Assembly: GCA_023205875.1 (NCBI GenBank)
Contig: CP060763.1
Coordinates: 620,001-684,000 of the forward strand
DNA length: 64,000 bases
Reading direction: 5' to 3'
Source: Chloropicon primus
Lineage: Eukaryota
The translations under genes and the position numbers were made by a program. The notes under the pieces are model-generated. The model did no database searches. It saw nothing but the letters and a program-made list of their open reading frames with translations, and had not been told where the DNA came from. The stretch's first letter is position 1, and each line of letters opens with the position of its first letter. Positions 23,101-34,620 of this stretch are shown here, one piece after another.

Positions 23101-26100
23101 AATTTATATTCCAGCAATTCACTCTTTTGGTGTCCATCACAAAACAGCACCTTGGGAAATACTTGGACGACATCCTCTCGTTGGTTCAGGAGTATTGGGG
23201 CTCTGACATGCTGATGAAGCCCATCTTGCAGCTGTTGGAACAACTTTCCCATAACTTTCATGACGAGTTCAGAACCTATCTTCCTCAGTTGCTGCCACGG
23301 ATTGTGGCAATTCTAGCTGATGCCGAGAGGAGAACAGACTACACGTATGTCTCTCACGTTCTGCATGCCATAGAATCGTTTGGATCCAGTATTGAAGACA
23401 ACCTTCATATCCTGCTGCCGGCGCTCATGCGACTGATTTCCCCAAATGCTACTGCGACTCCAATGGAGATTAAGAGATCAATACTAGAGTCTCTCGCAAG
23501 AATACTGAAGTGCATGAAACTTTCTGGCTATGGCTCCGCAGTAGTGCAGCCCTTGGCCAGAATTCTCTCCCTCGGGCCGCAACCATTGAAGCGGACGGCT
23601 CTTGACACAATATGTGCTGCGGCCGTATCTTTGGGAGAAGAATTTTCGTTTTTTGTGCCGTCGATAAGGAAGCTGCTGATCGCTCAGAACATACACCACG
23701 ACATTTTCGAGGCCATTGCTTCGTGTCTGGCACTCTCAGAGCCCCCTTGTACCGTGGATACGGTAGACTACAATGCAAACACGGCCTTTGACTTCATCAT
23801 GAAGACCAAAATGAATGGTCACGCGCCAGACAAGTTGGACATCATGCCAACTCCAGAGTTGAAGTACAGCGTGAATGAGCAGAACTTGAAAAAGGCGTGG
23901 GAGAGCAGTCAGAGGAGCACCAAGGAGGATTGGGTCGAGTGGATGCGGCATTTTAGTGTCGAGCTCCTGAAGGAGTCCCCTTCTCCTGCCCTCCGTGCTT
24001 GCTATACGCTTGCCCAAGTTCAGCCCCACACAGCAAAGGATTTGTTTGCCGCAGGTTTTATCTCGTGCTGGAGTGAGCTGAGCTCCAATTCTCAGCAGCA
24101 GCTAATCCGAAGCCTTGAGGCAGCTTTCAATAGCCCAACTATACCAACAGAGATCGTGACTTCCTTGCTCAATTTGGCAGAGTTCATGGAGCACGATGGT
24201 AAGCCCCTTCAAGTTGATTACAGGATGCTGGGGGCTCTCGCGGAGAAATGCCACGCTTTCGCAAAAGCTCTGCATTACAAGGAAATGGAGTTCCAAGAGC
24301 TTCCAGAATCGTGTGTAGAGGCTTTGATTAGCATTTACAACCAGTTGAACCAGCCGGATGCCGCCGTAGGGGTCCTTGCGAATGCTCAACAAGAGCTTCA
24401 GGTGGAGCTGAAGGAGTCCTGGTACGAGAAGCTGCAGCAGTGGGACGAGGCATTGGAGGCTTACAGGAAGAAGCAAGCAAATTCGGCTCCAAACTCTCCG
24501 GCAGCCCTGGAAGCAGCCTTGGGGTGCTTGAGGTGCCTTGCAGCCTTGGCTGAATGGGAGGAGCTTTCCAAGCTTTGCAGAGACATCTGGCTGAATGCTG
24601 ATGTCGCTCTCCGCCGGGAGCTGGCGCCAACAGCAGCCCATGCTGCATGGCATATGGGCCAGTGGAACGAGATGGCAGAATATGTGAGCATGATTGACTC
24701 GAGGGGGAACTTGGGCTCAATCAACAGCTCAGGGACGCCGGGTGTCACTGGGCCGATGGTCAATGTGGCGGCAACAAGTACGTTCCTTCATGCTGTACTC
24801 AAGATTCACAACGGGGAAATTGACGAGGGCTTGATGCACATCAAGCAGTCAAGGGAACTTCTTGCAACGGAGTTGACGGCCAGGGTCGGCGAGAGCTACG
24901 AAAGAGCCTACGGGGACATGGTTCGGGTTCAACAGCTTGTGGAGTTGGAGGAGGTTATCGAATACTCCACCATCACTGGCAAGGCTGGCTCAACCATATC
25001 AGACTCAAGAAAGTCGCTGATCAGACAGATGTGGCACGACCGCCTTTGGGGTGTCCAAAGGAATGTTGAAGTCTGGCAAGCTCTGCTCTCGGTGAGAAGC
25101 CTTGTCTTGCCCGTCAGCGAAGACTCGGATACTTGGTTGAAGTTCGCCTCGTTGTGCAGAAAGTCTGGCCGCCTGAGGCAAAGCAAGCGCACTCTAACCA
25201 AGCTGCTGAATTACGACCCTGGCCTCAAGAGTGCTGGAGAGGAAGGGTACGGCGCAGGGAGCGGGGCACCTAAAGCGATGTACGCGTACTGCAAGTATCT
25301 TTGGTCCATTGGAAATTTCAATGACGCGTACGCCAGGCTGCAGGAGTTGTCCCAAGAGCTTAAGGCCGGCTCGAACATCTTCAACATGGAGAACGGGGTT
25401 CACAGGAACGGGATCTTCCAGTCCAACATTCATTCAGGGAAACCGCCCTTACAAGCTCGCGTATACCTGAAGAGAGGGCTGTGGCACTGGTCACTGGCCC
25501 AAGATGAAATGGACGAAAAGTGCATCAGTGAAATTTTGAGCAGTCTCAGAGCGGCCACGGAGTCGGCCAGGGGGTGGTCCAAGGCGTGGCATCACTGGGC
25601 ACTCTTCAATGTAGCTGCCATGGAGTACCATTCCAGCCAAGCGCCGTCAGCTGTCGCCAGGCACGTGGCTCCTGCGGTGCTAGGATTCTTCCGGAGCATC
25701 GCGTTAAGTCAGTCTGTCAACGGAAGGCGCGGCAGCTCAGGGAATTTGCAGGACATTCTCAGACTTTTGACTCTGTGGTTCAACCACGGCGATCAAGCAG
25801 ATGTCGAGGCGGCCTTGATCGAAGGTTTTGGCCACGTGTCGATCGACACTTGGCTGCTGGTTATTCCCCAGATCATTGCCCGCATCCACACCAATTCAGC
25901 TAGGGTGAGACAGCTCATCTCGTCCTTGTTCATGCGGATAGGAAGGCACCACCCGCAGGCCTTGATGTACCCTCTGCTCGTGGCGTGCAAAAGCTCCTCC
26001 AGCAGTCGACGGGCGGCCGCGATGAGTGTTCTGGACAACGTCAGGCAACACAGCGCAACTTTGGTGGAGCAAGCTCAGCTGGTGAGCCAGGAGCTTATTC

Positions 26101-27605
26101 GGATGGCCGTATTGTGGCACGAGATGTGGCACGAAGCCCTGGAAGATGCTAGCAGGTTATACTTTGGCGAGAACAACGTGGACGCAATGCTCAACGTGCT
26201 CCTGCCTCTCCACGTCTTGCTGGAGAAGAATGGCCCAGAGACCTTGCAAGAGATTGCTTTCATTCAGGCGTACGGCAGGGAACTGCAAGAGGCGCACGAG
26301 TGGTGCAACAAGTACAGGGTGAGCCGAAAGGAGGCCGAGCTTCACCAGGCGTGGGACTTGTACTACCACGTCTTCAAAAGGATCAACAAGCAGCTCCCTT
26401 CGCTCACCACGCTGCAGCTTCAGTATGTTGCGCCGGCTTTGGTTCGCGCCCAAGGTTTGGAGCTTGCCGTGCCTGGAACGTACGTTGCTGGGGAGCCTGT
26501 GGTCACCATCTCGTCGTTCGCCCCGCAGCTGAATGTCATCACGTCCAAGCAGAGGCCTCGAAAGCTGACCATTCACGGGGGAGACGGAAGCGATTACGTC
26601 TTCCTTCTGAAGGGCCACGAGGACCTCCGCCAGGACGAGAGAGTGATGCAGCTGTTTGGCCTCGTGAACACGCTTCTTCAGAACGACCGGAACACGTCGG
26701 AGCACGACCTGAGCATTGCCAGGTACTCTGTGACTCCGCTCTCACCCAATTCCGGTTTGATTGGCTGGGTTCCCAATTGCGACACTTTGCACACTCTGAT
26801 CAGGGAGTTTAGGGAAGCCAGGAAGATACCTTTGAACATCGAGCACAGGCTGATGATGGCGATGGCTCCGAATTACGAGCACCTTCCTCTGATCAACAAG
26901 GTCGAAGTTTTCGAGCACGCCTTGAACGAGACCACGGGGGATGACTTGGCCAAGGTTCTGTGGCTCAAGAGCAGGACCTCGGAGGTCTGGCTTGACAGGC
27001 GGACGAATTACACGAGGTCCTTGGCTGTCATGAGCGTCGTGGGATATATTCTGGGACTCGGGGACAGGCACCCCTCGAACCTGATGCTCGACAGGCACTC
27101 GGGAAAAATTCTGCACATAGACTTTGGAGACTGTTTCGAGGCTTCCATGAACCGCGAGAAGTTCCCCGAGAAGGTTCCGTTCCGGCTGACCCGCATGCTT
27201 GTCCAAGCCATGGGCGTCAGCGGGGTGGAGGGAAACTACAGGTCAACGAGCGAGAAGGTCATGCTCGTGCTGAGGAGCAACAAGGACAGTGTCATGGCGA
27301 TGCTGGAGGCCTTTGTCCACGACCCCCTGATCAACTGGCGTCTGCTGCAGAAGACGGACACGGAGGAGGTGAAGAAGGAGAGCGGCGAGGAGGGCCAGGT
27401 CCCAGACCCCGAGGAGGTCCTGAACGAGAGGGCCGTTACCGTCATGAAAAGGCTCGGAGACAAGCTCACTGGTCGAGACTTCAGCCCCGACGGCGAGTCC
27501 ATCGAGAGCGACAGCGTGCCGGCTCAGGTGCAGAGGCTGGTCCAGCAGGCCACCTCCCACGAGTGCCTGTGCCAGAACTACATTGGGTGGTGTCCTTTTT
27601 GGTGA
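19875..27605 (+). CDS. TOR: Serine/threonine kinase TOR (exons 19875-20064, 20188-27605)
   Basis: HEAT repeats, FAT, FRB ('LWHEMWHEALEDASRLYF'), PI3K-like kinase ('LLKGHEDLRQDERVMQ', 'LGDRHPSN', 'HIDFGDCF') and FATC ('YIGWCPFW*'). Phase-1 intron 20065-20187 (GTAAG...TGCTGAC...CCTAG) joins an ATG-bearing first exon in frame. Confidence 0.97.
20095..20128. repeat. (CT)n microsatellite inside TOR intron 1
   Basis: Direct ctctct run between donor and branch point. Confidence 0.9.
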
Positions 27606-27719
27606 GGTTACCTCTCAACTCCATGTTGGAGGGTAACTTATGTCAAGAGATGTGGTCTATTTGTTTGTTACACCAGTTTCAGAGTTCGCACTTTTTTTTT
27701 TTCAGACAACAAAGGATTA

Positions 27720-28979
27720 CTAGACTGAGACCTTGCGTTCGTCCTTGAGCAACCCCGTCATCGTCCAACGAACTCTCTCTTTGTCGCTCCAACGCCGGTC
27801 CTTGGAGAAGAACAGGTAGTTCATGCGATCTTGCGGGTTGACGCCGATCTGGGTTCGGGGGTGGTCCTTGAACAGCCTCAAGACCCTCTTGAGCTCCTCC
27901 AAGCCCATCGTGACCCCCACGTACAGTCCCTCCCACTGCTTCTCGTACTTTTTGTACACGGCTAGAGCTGCTCGGGCGTCCTCGACCGGGTCGTGCTCGG
28001 ACGATTGAATTTCAAGTCCGAGCTCGGAATACGCCAGGTTTTTCAGGGACTTTGGGAACAGCTTGTTCACGCTTTTCATCATCCGCATCAGGGGCCTGTA
28101 GTAGGCGGTGTCCCTGAGGTCGGGGTGGTGGATCCGCAAAACCTGCAAATCAGCTTTCAGGAAGTGCCCCACAATTATTTTGCCCTTCAAGTGCTCCAGC
28201 ACCCTCTGCCGAACTGCACTGAAAGCAGGAGCGCCTTCCATGTCACCCGGACTGATGCCACTCCACTTGGTTCTGTAGTCGGCTATCTCTCCCTCTGGCA
28301 AGCAGTGCGTGTCCACCAGAACCTCGCCCCTCTCGTCAACGATCGCTACCCGCCCCAGAGAGCTCTTCCGCTTCCCATTCTCCAGCACCACCTCGACCAT
28401 CTCGCAGTCAAGGGCGCAAACTTCTTGGCGCCCCTTGGGTTCCGACACTTGGCACTTTCCCTCCAGAAAAGCTTGCGCAGCTGATTTCCTTGCTTGCGTC
28501 GCCCACGGCCTTTCTTCCCCCCTAGCCACGAGTCCAAAGAGCTCCACGGACGCCAAGAAGGCTGGCCTGCACCTCTCGTTCGAGACCCTCTCGACGCAGT
28601 ACCTCGGCCCGGCCACTTGGTGCCTATATCGGTAACCACTGACGTATAAGAAAAACTCGTGGAGACTTGTCACGCTGCTCGGCCGCGCGACGTCTTGCTT
28701 GCCCGTTACGCGCGCCTGGCCCACCTGCATCCTCACGAACTTCATGTTCTCCAGCAAGACCATGAGCTCCACGTCCTCTTCCAGCTGTACGGACCACCGT
28801 CCCACGTGCGGCGTGCTGTGAACCACCCTCCCACGTCTTCCATTCAGACCCGGGGACTGCGTGAGGTTCACGAGCTCCACCACGTCGCCCCGAGTCGGCA
28901 CGACGCCCTCCATCGCACCCGTAGCCATGACTCTTCCTCCAGGGTCCCTGCTGTACGCTAATCGTCTCCCTTCCTCCAT
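27720..28979 (-). CDS. DEDDh 3'-5' exoribonuclease, REX4/ISG20-like, with N-terminal extension
   Basis: 'ALDCEMV', 'DYRTKWSGI', 'IVGHFLKADL', 'SLKNLA', 'HDPVEDARAAL'. Start could also be the ATG near 28929. Confidence 0.8.
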   Translation of the reverse strand: MEEGRRLAYSRDPGGRVMATGAMEGVVPTRGDVVELVNLTQSPGLNGRRGRVVHSTPHVGRWSVQLEEDVELMVLLENMKFVRMQVGQARVTGKQDVARPSSVTSLHEFFLYVSGYRYRHQVAGPRYCVERVSNERCRPAFLASVELFGLVARGEERPWATQARKSAAQAFLEGKCQVSEPKGRQEVCALDCEMVEVVLENGKRKSSLGRVAIVDERGEVLVDTHCLPEGEIADYRTKWSGISPGDMEGAPAFSAVRQRVLEHLKGKIIVGHFLKADLQVLRIHHPDLRDTAYYRPLMRMMKSVNKLFPKSLKNLAYSELGLEIQSSEHDPVEDARAALAVYKKYEKQWEGLYVGVTMGLEELKRVLRLFKDHPRTQIGVNPQDRMNYLFFSKDRRWSDKERVRWTMTGLLKDERKVSV

Positions 28980-29821
28980 GAATGAGAATGAACACCACCT
29001 CTCGTCACCTCACGTCTCATGCCCGAACCACCACCCGAACCATCACTAACGACAGCTCTGGACGATGTCTCCGTCACTGCCTCCGTCGCTAGTACCTTTA
29101 TGACGTCCCTCCCGTCCCGCTCTAAGGTGTCCTCCCTTGCTTTCGAGCCAAGGGCCAGCCTGTTCATCAAGCAGGACTTGAAGGTAAAGGTGAGAGCGAG
29201 CGTTGGAAAGATGACAAATAGTACAAAGATAGACAAGCCATTCGGTAGAAGTGGCGCCGAAACCGAAAGCCGAAGCCCTTCCACGCTCCAGGGTTCGTAT
29301 AGAACTCGCCTTGTTCCATGGTTTTGGACAAGCCCACCGGGGGTTGTGGACGGGATAACGCGTCTTATCGTAAACGAGAACGAGAAATGAGGGTATCGGC
29401 AGTGGGAAGCCGGTCGTGCGTGGCGTCGAGTGCGCTCGAACGTTTTGGCGAAAGACTTGTCGAATCGATGGCTGCCATGGTCAAATCAAAATCAAGAATG
29501 ACAACGAATGACAGCGAATAGGCGAGAGACGACATGATGGTAAACCTAAACTTGGGTTGGGACGGGGTTCGTTTGGGAAGAAGAGGGAAAGGAAGTACAA
29601 GTAGGGGTTTAGAAAGAGGAGGCCTTGTCCACTTACCGCACGGGAAAGTGAAAGTGGCTTTCTCCATCGATCCATCGATCCATCGATCCATCGAGAGTGT
29701 AACCATCGTGTGCACCCAAGGTGAGACCTTGGAGTTGTACGTTGGACAACTGGAGACCAGGGAACACACAGAGGTAGAGGTGTGGGGTGTCGGTCCTTGT
29801 GAGAGGGGTGGGGGGTGCACG

Positions 29822-31771
29822 ATGAAGGCCAAGGGGCCCTTGGTTCCAGGAGGACCCTCCACGGCCGCGAGGAGGCTGGACCTGGACCTGGGAGAGACGT
29901 GCTCGGACTCTCGCAAGCTGAATGGGATGATAAGCGAGAACATCGACTTGCTTCGGAGACTCTTCGGGGACACGATGGAGAGTCTGTACCAGGAGGAGTT
30001 CGGGAAGCGCTACCGGGAGGACGAGGCTGGGCCGGCGAATAATGCGTGGGAACTGGGCGCCGCGAAGGCCAAGGTCTTGGGGGACCGGGTCGGAGAGCTG
30101 AGGAGGCAGCTGGAAGCGAAGCAGAGGGAGACTGAGGAGCTCAAGGCGACTTACGAGAGGCGTGAGAGGGAAGCTCGTGCCAATGAGTACAGGTACGGCG
30201 CCCTGTGCTCCGATTTTGCGCAGAACCCTGACCACAAGATGGAGCACCTGACCTTGATGGACAAGTTCAACGACCTGAGCTCGGCCGTGAGGCAAGCCAA
30301 CGAGACGAACGAGGACTTGAAGGCCAAGATAGCGCTGAGGGAGCAAGTCCTGCAGGACGCGGACCGCATCAACAGCGTGGTGGGGACCCTGGAGGAGGAG
30401 GAGCCGTCGACAAGCGTCGGGGCGGGCGGTGGTGGCGGAATCGTTGGGGCGCCCCACCACTCGCCCAGCAAGAGGGCGTCGTCGTCCTCCTTGTCGTCGT
30501 CGCTGTCGTCCAAGGGGAAGGACGGCGAGGAGTTTTACTTCTACGCGGACTCGGCCGCGACCGCCCTTGAGATGGAGCGGCTTCGGCTGATGATGAGGAA
30601 CGTCGGGAAGAGGCTGCAGGAGGCCGAGGAGGAGAGGCAGACCGTCAGCAAGGCGACGGCCATGCTGAACATGCAGCTGGACAGGGCCGAGCAGGCGAAG
30701 AGGAAAGTGCTTGTCGAGATCGCTTTGGCCCAAAAGAACGACAGCGTGCCGCCAGCCAAAGCGGGCGGCGGGCCCGGCGGATCGAACTACCTTGAGATTC
30801 CTGACCTGGATGCCATGAAGGCCGAGGCAGACAAGAGGGAGGAGGTTCGCATGGAAGCCCTTCGCGCCCAGCTCGCAAAGCGCCAGCAGCAGCGGGAGGA
30901 CGCGGTGCGGAAGGCCAAGGAACTCAAGGAGTCGCTCCGGCTGGAGCAAGAGAAGAGGGCCAAGGAGGCCGAGCAGCTGAAGAGGGCGGAGGAGGAAAAG
31001 CAGAAAGAGCTGTGGAGGGAGAGGGAGAAGAGGGAGGAGGAGATCAAGAGACACGAGAAAATGGAAAAGGATCTGCGAGAGAAGGACAAGGAAGTGCGGA
31101 GGCTGAAAGAGCAGAGGATCAAGGAGCTGCAGGGCGGTGGGTTCGGGCACGACGACCACGCGAAGGAGGAAGTTCTGAGAACGTTCGTGGAGTCTCTGTC
31201 GCCGGAGAAGGACGTCTTGCTGTCCACCCCCGAGAGGGAGAGGACACTGGTGTCCGTGTCGCCAGACAGCGACTTTGCCTTCCCGGCGACCGTGCACAAG
31301 GAGCAGCTCGATACGGCTAGCTCGAAGAGAACGGGCAGCGAGTACTTCTCAGCGGAGGTGGCTAGCTCGGTGCCCTCGTCGGCTTACCAAAGCGTGAGGC
31401 GACGCAGCGGGTCCGCCACTGGCACCCCGATGTCAGAGATTCACATCGAGGGCATCCAAACGGATTTGGCGAACCGAATCTTGAGCAAAACGGACGGAAT
31501 GATGGGCGACTCGCCCAGCTTCTCCGGGTCGCCCAGGCAAGAGACCCCAAGCAAACGCCTGAAGCTCAAGGTCTCCCCGATCACAAGGATGAGGGTTCCA
31601 AAGAGCCTCACCCAAGACGAGATCTTGGCGCGGTTGGAAGAGATAGAGCTGAGGAGATCCAGCGCCTTCGAGAGCCTGTCCACGAAGGACGTCCACCTGA
31701 TAGCGGAGGAGGAACTCGAGGAGAAGGTGCTCAGGAGAAGGCTTAAGAAGTTGCAGAGAAGGGAGAGGTGA
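29822..31771 (+). CDS. Hypothetical coiled-coil protein
   Basis: Long ORF with coding-like codon use, E/K/R-rich heptads and a Ser-rich tail. Start is uncertain (frame open from 29534). Confidence 0.65.
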   Translation: MKAKGPLVPGGPSTAARRLDLDLGETCSDSRKLNGMISENIDLLRRLFGDTMESLYQEEFGKRYREDEAGPANNAWELGAAKAKVLGDRVGELRRQLEAKQRETEELKATYERREREARANEYRYGALCSDFAQNPDHKMEHLTLMDKFNDLSSAVRQANETNEDLKAKIALREQVLQDADRINSVVGTLEEEEPSTSVGAGGGGGIVGAPHHSPSKRASSSSLSSSLSSKGKDGEEFYFYADSAATALEMERLRLMMRNVGKRLQEAEEERQTVSKATAMLNMQLDRAEQAKRKVLVEIALAQKNDSVPPAKAGGGPGGSNYLEIPDLDAMKAEADKREEVRMEALRAQLAKRQQQREDAVRKAKELKESLRLEQEKRAKEAEQLKRAEEEKQKELWREREKREEEIKRHEKMEKDLREKDKEVRRLKEQRIKELQGGGFGHDDHAKEEVLRTFVESLSPEKDVLLSTPERERTLVSVSPDSDFAFPATVHKEQLDTASSKRTGSEYFSAEVASSVPSSAYQSVRRRSGSATGTPMSEIHIEGIQTDLANRILSKTDGMMGDSPSFSGSPRQETPSKRLKLKVSPITRMRVPKSLTQDEILARLEEIELRRSSAFESLSTKDVHLIAEEELEEKVLRRRLKKLQRRER

Positions 31772-31861
31772 AGGAAATAAAAACATAATGAGCAATTGAG
31801 GTGGTGGTGACTTTTCGTTGTCAAACTCTTGTTACTGCTTTACACTTTTACACTAATCAAA

Positions 31862-33946
31862 TCACAAAGTAGTATTCAGCTGGCTCTCGAGCGCGAGTTT
31901 GCTGCACCAGTCATTGTAATTGAGGCGAGCCAGGAACTGGTGCAAGTGGGGGGCTCTGCTTGATATCGAGAGCTTGGTGCTCTTGAGGACGGTGAAGAGC
32001 ATGCCCGCCCGCCTCTGGAAGTCGTCCTGGAACCGAGAGAAGAGAGGCAGGCTCTCCAGAGGAGACTCGCTATCGAGCTGGGCGTACACGCTTCTCGCAT
32101 ACTTCAAGCACAGCTTGATAATTCCATCCAGCATGCTGGTGATGCTGGTGATATCAAGGAAGCTCTGAGTGATCAGGACGCTGGTGAACCGTCCCAGGGC
32201 ATTCTCCAGGTCAAGGAAGTTCTCCGCCGATGCGATTTGCTGCTGCAGGACAGCGTACTGCGCTTCGATGACGTCCACTTGAACGTACACCTGGTAGTTG
32301 CAAAGCAGGTGGACCATCTGGTGCCTCAAGTGCCAGACCTGGGGACTGTTGGAGAAATGGGAGTGGTGTTCAGACCGCATGGCGATCCTCCTCAGTGTTG
32401 TCCACACGTCGTCCAGCTCGACGTTCACCCTCCTCAGCCGCCACAGGAACTGAAACATGTGGTGGTACTTGCCCAGGACCTCGGACGTCAGAATGAGGCC
32501 CAGCGGCCACGAGACTTTGTACCTCAGGCACATGTTGTCCCACTCATCACACGACGGCAAGTGAATCTTCTTTGCGCCGTCCCTCTTGGCTTCCCCCCCA
32601 GGCGCCGAGGGCTTGCTGAAGCGGAGGGAGACGTTGCCCAGAAGAGGGTCTGCCTCGCACCCAGTCATCTGGGCCGTCTGGTTGAGAATGGTCGCCATCT
32701 CCGAGTCTGCCGTGGATGGGTTGGGCGGCTTCTGCATCAAGGACCTCGCTTCGGTGAGGAACACCTGGTGGAAGTTTCCCCTCTCCATCAGAAAGTAGTC
32801 CTTGAGCGCCTGCAGATGCTTTGGGAGCTCTGCATGGATCACCACGAGCTGCCACATGTGAGAGGCGACTTCCTTGCGAAAGTAGTCGATCACCCCGTCG
32901 AACGCAGGCTTGGAGAACTCGCCCTCCTGGCGAAGGGCCTCCAATCGGCCGAGCATCTGAAAGTTGTCAGAGTGCAAGTTCCTCTGCCCCTGCCTCGCGC
33001 TCGCCCCTTTTGCCGTGGTCACCCTTTCAAGCCTCCTCCAGTTGTTGCGGAAGTGGCTCAGGATGCGCTGGGACTTGCCGATGAAAAGGATGGTCTCGGC
33101 CGTGTCTCGCGATACGTGCATGGGCAGGCTCCCTTCGTGGATCTCAAAACCGCCGTGCCACTCTTGCGTTGACACCTTCTCGAGGTCCCCCTCCCCCTCC
33201 TCTCCCACCACGATCACAGCGCCGGAGGAGGCCGGGTCCGTCGTCCTTCGAATGAAGAACTCCCCCTCCCTGTCCAAGAGCCTGCCGTAGACCAGCCAGG
33301 CTCCCAGCTGCTTGTACAGCACTTCGTACATGTAGTTCACAACAATTTTCATGGTCTCCTCCATGCATGGTATCCCGCAGACCAAGAAGCTCTCGCAATA
33401 CCGCAAGAGCTCGCACCCCCGGACGTCCTCCTTGGACACTTTGCAAACCAACCTGTGGAGCCTGCTGAGGAGCACTTGGTACTGGCAGAATTCGCTCTGG
33501 AGCTCGGTCAACGGGAGGCAATCCCCGTCGCTGTTCAACCTCCTCTCCACCCTGACGACGTCCTGCCTGTACCGTCCGAGGACCTTGACGAGGCCAAAGG
33601 CGAAGGCACGCCTGTACGCGCCACTCCTTCCCACCGCCCCCGCTGCTGCCCCCTCCCCCAAAACCCCGCTCGCCCCAGGCTGGCTCTCCACCGTGGCGAA
33701 CCTCGACACCTCGCGATAGTGAAACGCCGTCTTCACGAGCTCGTTCACCACCTGCTTCTCCCCAAGAGCAAGGACCTCTCCGCGAGCCGTGTCCTCCTCG
33801 AGCCTGAGCGGGCACGGCTCCGGCTCCAGTGGACGGTACCCCTGGCCCGTCGTCCAAGACACGAACACGTCCTTCTCTCCGCCACCGAACACCTCCCCCG
33901 CGTGACCACCAAGGGCGCAAACCACCTCGTTCACCAATGCCACCAT
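31862..33946 (-). CDS. GCP4: Gamma-tubulin complex component 4
   Basis: N-terminus 'NEVVCALGGHAGEVF' (GCP4 type), GRIP motifs 'WLVYGRLLDREGEFFI', 'ILFIGK', 'LKDYFLMERG', 'YKVSWPL', 'FLARLNYN'. Confidence 0.9.
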   Translation of the reverse strand: MVALVNEVVCALGGHAGEVFGGGEKDVFVSWTTGQGYRPLEPEPCPLRLEEDTARGEVLALGEKQVVNELVKTAFHYREVSRFATVESQPGASGVLGEGAAAGAVGRSGAYRRAFAFGLVKVLGRYRQDVVRVERRLNSDGDCLPLTELQSEFCQYQVLLSRLHRLVCKVSKEDVRGCELLRYCESFLVCGIPCMEETMKIVVNYMYEVLYKQLGAWLVYGRLLDREGEFFIRRTTDPASSGAVIVVGEEGEGDLEKVSTQEWHGGFEIHEGSLPMHVSRDTAETILFIGKSQRILSHFRNNWRRLERVTTAKGASARQGQRNLHSDNFQMLGRLEALRQEGEFSKPAFDGVIDYFRKEVASHMWQLVVIHAELPKHLQALKDYFLMERGNFHQVFLTEARSLMQKPPNPSTADSEMATILNQTAQMTGCEADPLLGNVSLRFSKPSAPGGEAKRDGAKKIHLPSCDEWDNMCLRYKVSWPLGLILTSEVLGKYHHMFQFLWRLRRVNVELDDVWTTLRRIAMRSEHHSHFSNSPQVWHLRHQMVHLLCNYQVYVQVDVIEAQYAVLQQQIASAENFLDLENALGRFTSVLITQSFLDITSITSMLDGIIKLCLKYARSVYAQLDSESPLESLPLFSRFQDDFQRRAGMLFTVLKSTKLSISSRAPHLHQFLARLNYNDWCSKLALESQLNTTL

Positions 33947-34620
33947 CGCGCTGCCTCCCCTGCCCGTCTGTCGAGTGACTCTCTCTCGTTTCGCGTCCTC
34001 AAATCCTCACCAGAGCGCCGTTTCTTTCGTTCGAGGGCTCTTCGGAAAGGCAAAGAGACGAAGAATCTTTTAACGCTCCTCTCTTCCACCCTCTCCTCCC
34101 CCTCCTCGTCCCTTCCTCCCTCTTTCTCTCCGTTCGTCCTCCCCGGAGCGAACTCGAAAAGAACTCCGAAAACTGGCGCGAACTCCCGGGGGAAGGGATC
34201 CCATAGACAAGGCAGAAGACCAGGAGCGGCCAAGGCAGAGGAGGTGGACAGGTTCGTGTCCGTGACGAGCGTCCCCGGAGGAGGAAGGCAGGACACGTTA
34301 TCGCCCGGTGGTCCAAGACAAAGGTGGGAGTGGCTTGTGTCTCTTATCCAGGAGAGGACGAAGCGGGAGAGGGGGGAACCTGGTGCTCGCGACGAAGGGG
34401 GGGGGAGCCGAGGAGGGGGACAGGCAGGGCACGGGCAGGTGATCTGGTGCAAGGCCGAGGCTTTGCCACGACCAGGACGCCTTTCATCGACGCACGGGGC
34501 TTAGCCGCCTGATCCGTCAGGCGAGGAGCTGTTGTGATGGAAAGAACTGTCGAATAGAACACGCTCTTGAGAAACGAAACGCTTGGACTGGTTGCAACCT
34601 CTTCTCGAAGCTCGAAGAAG

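Noticed and set aside
29019..29390. 123-aa ORF upstream of the coiled-coil gene
   Set aside because: No recognisable homology; overlaps the expected promoter of the divergent exonuclease gene and cannot be supported as an exon.
29540..29612. Telomere-like words (TAAACCTAAAC, GGGGTTTAG) as a possible telomerase RNA template
   Set aside because: No evident pseudoknot, Pol III promoter or terminator; more simply telo-box-like promoter words or chance.
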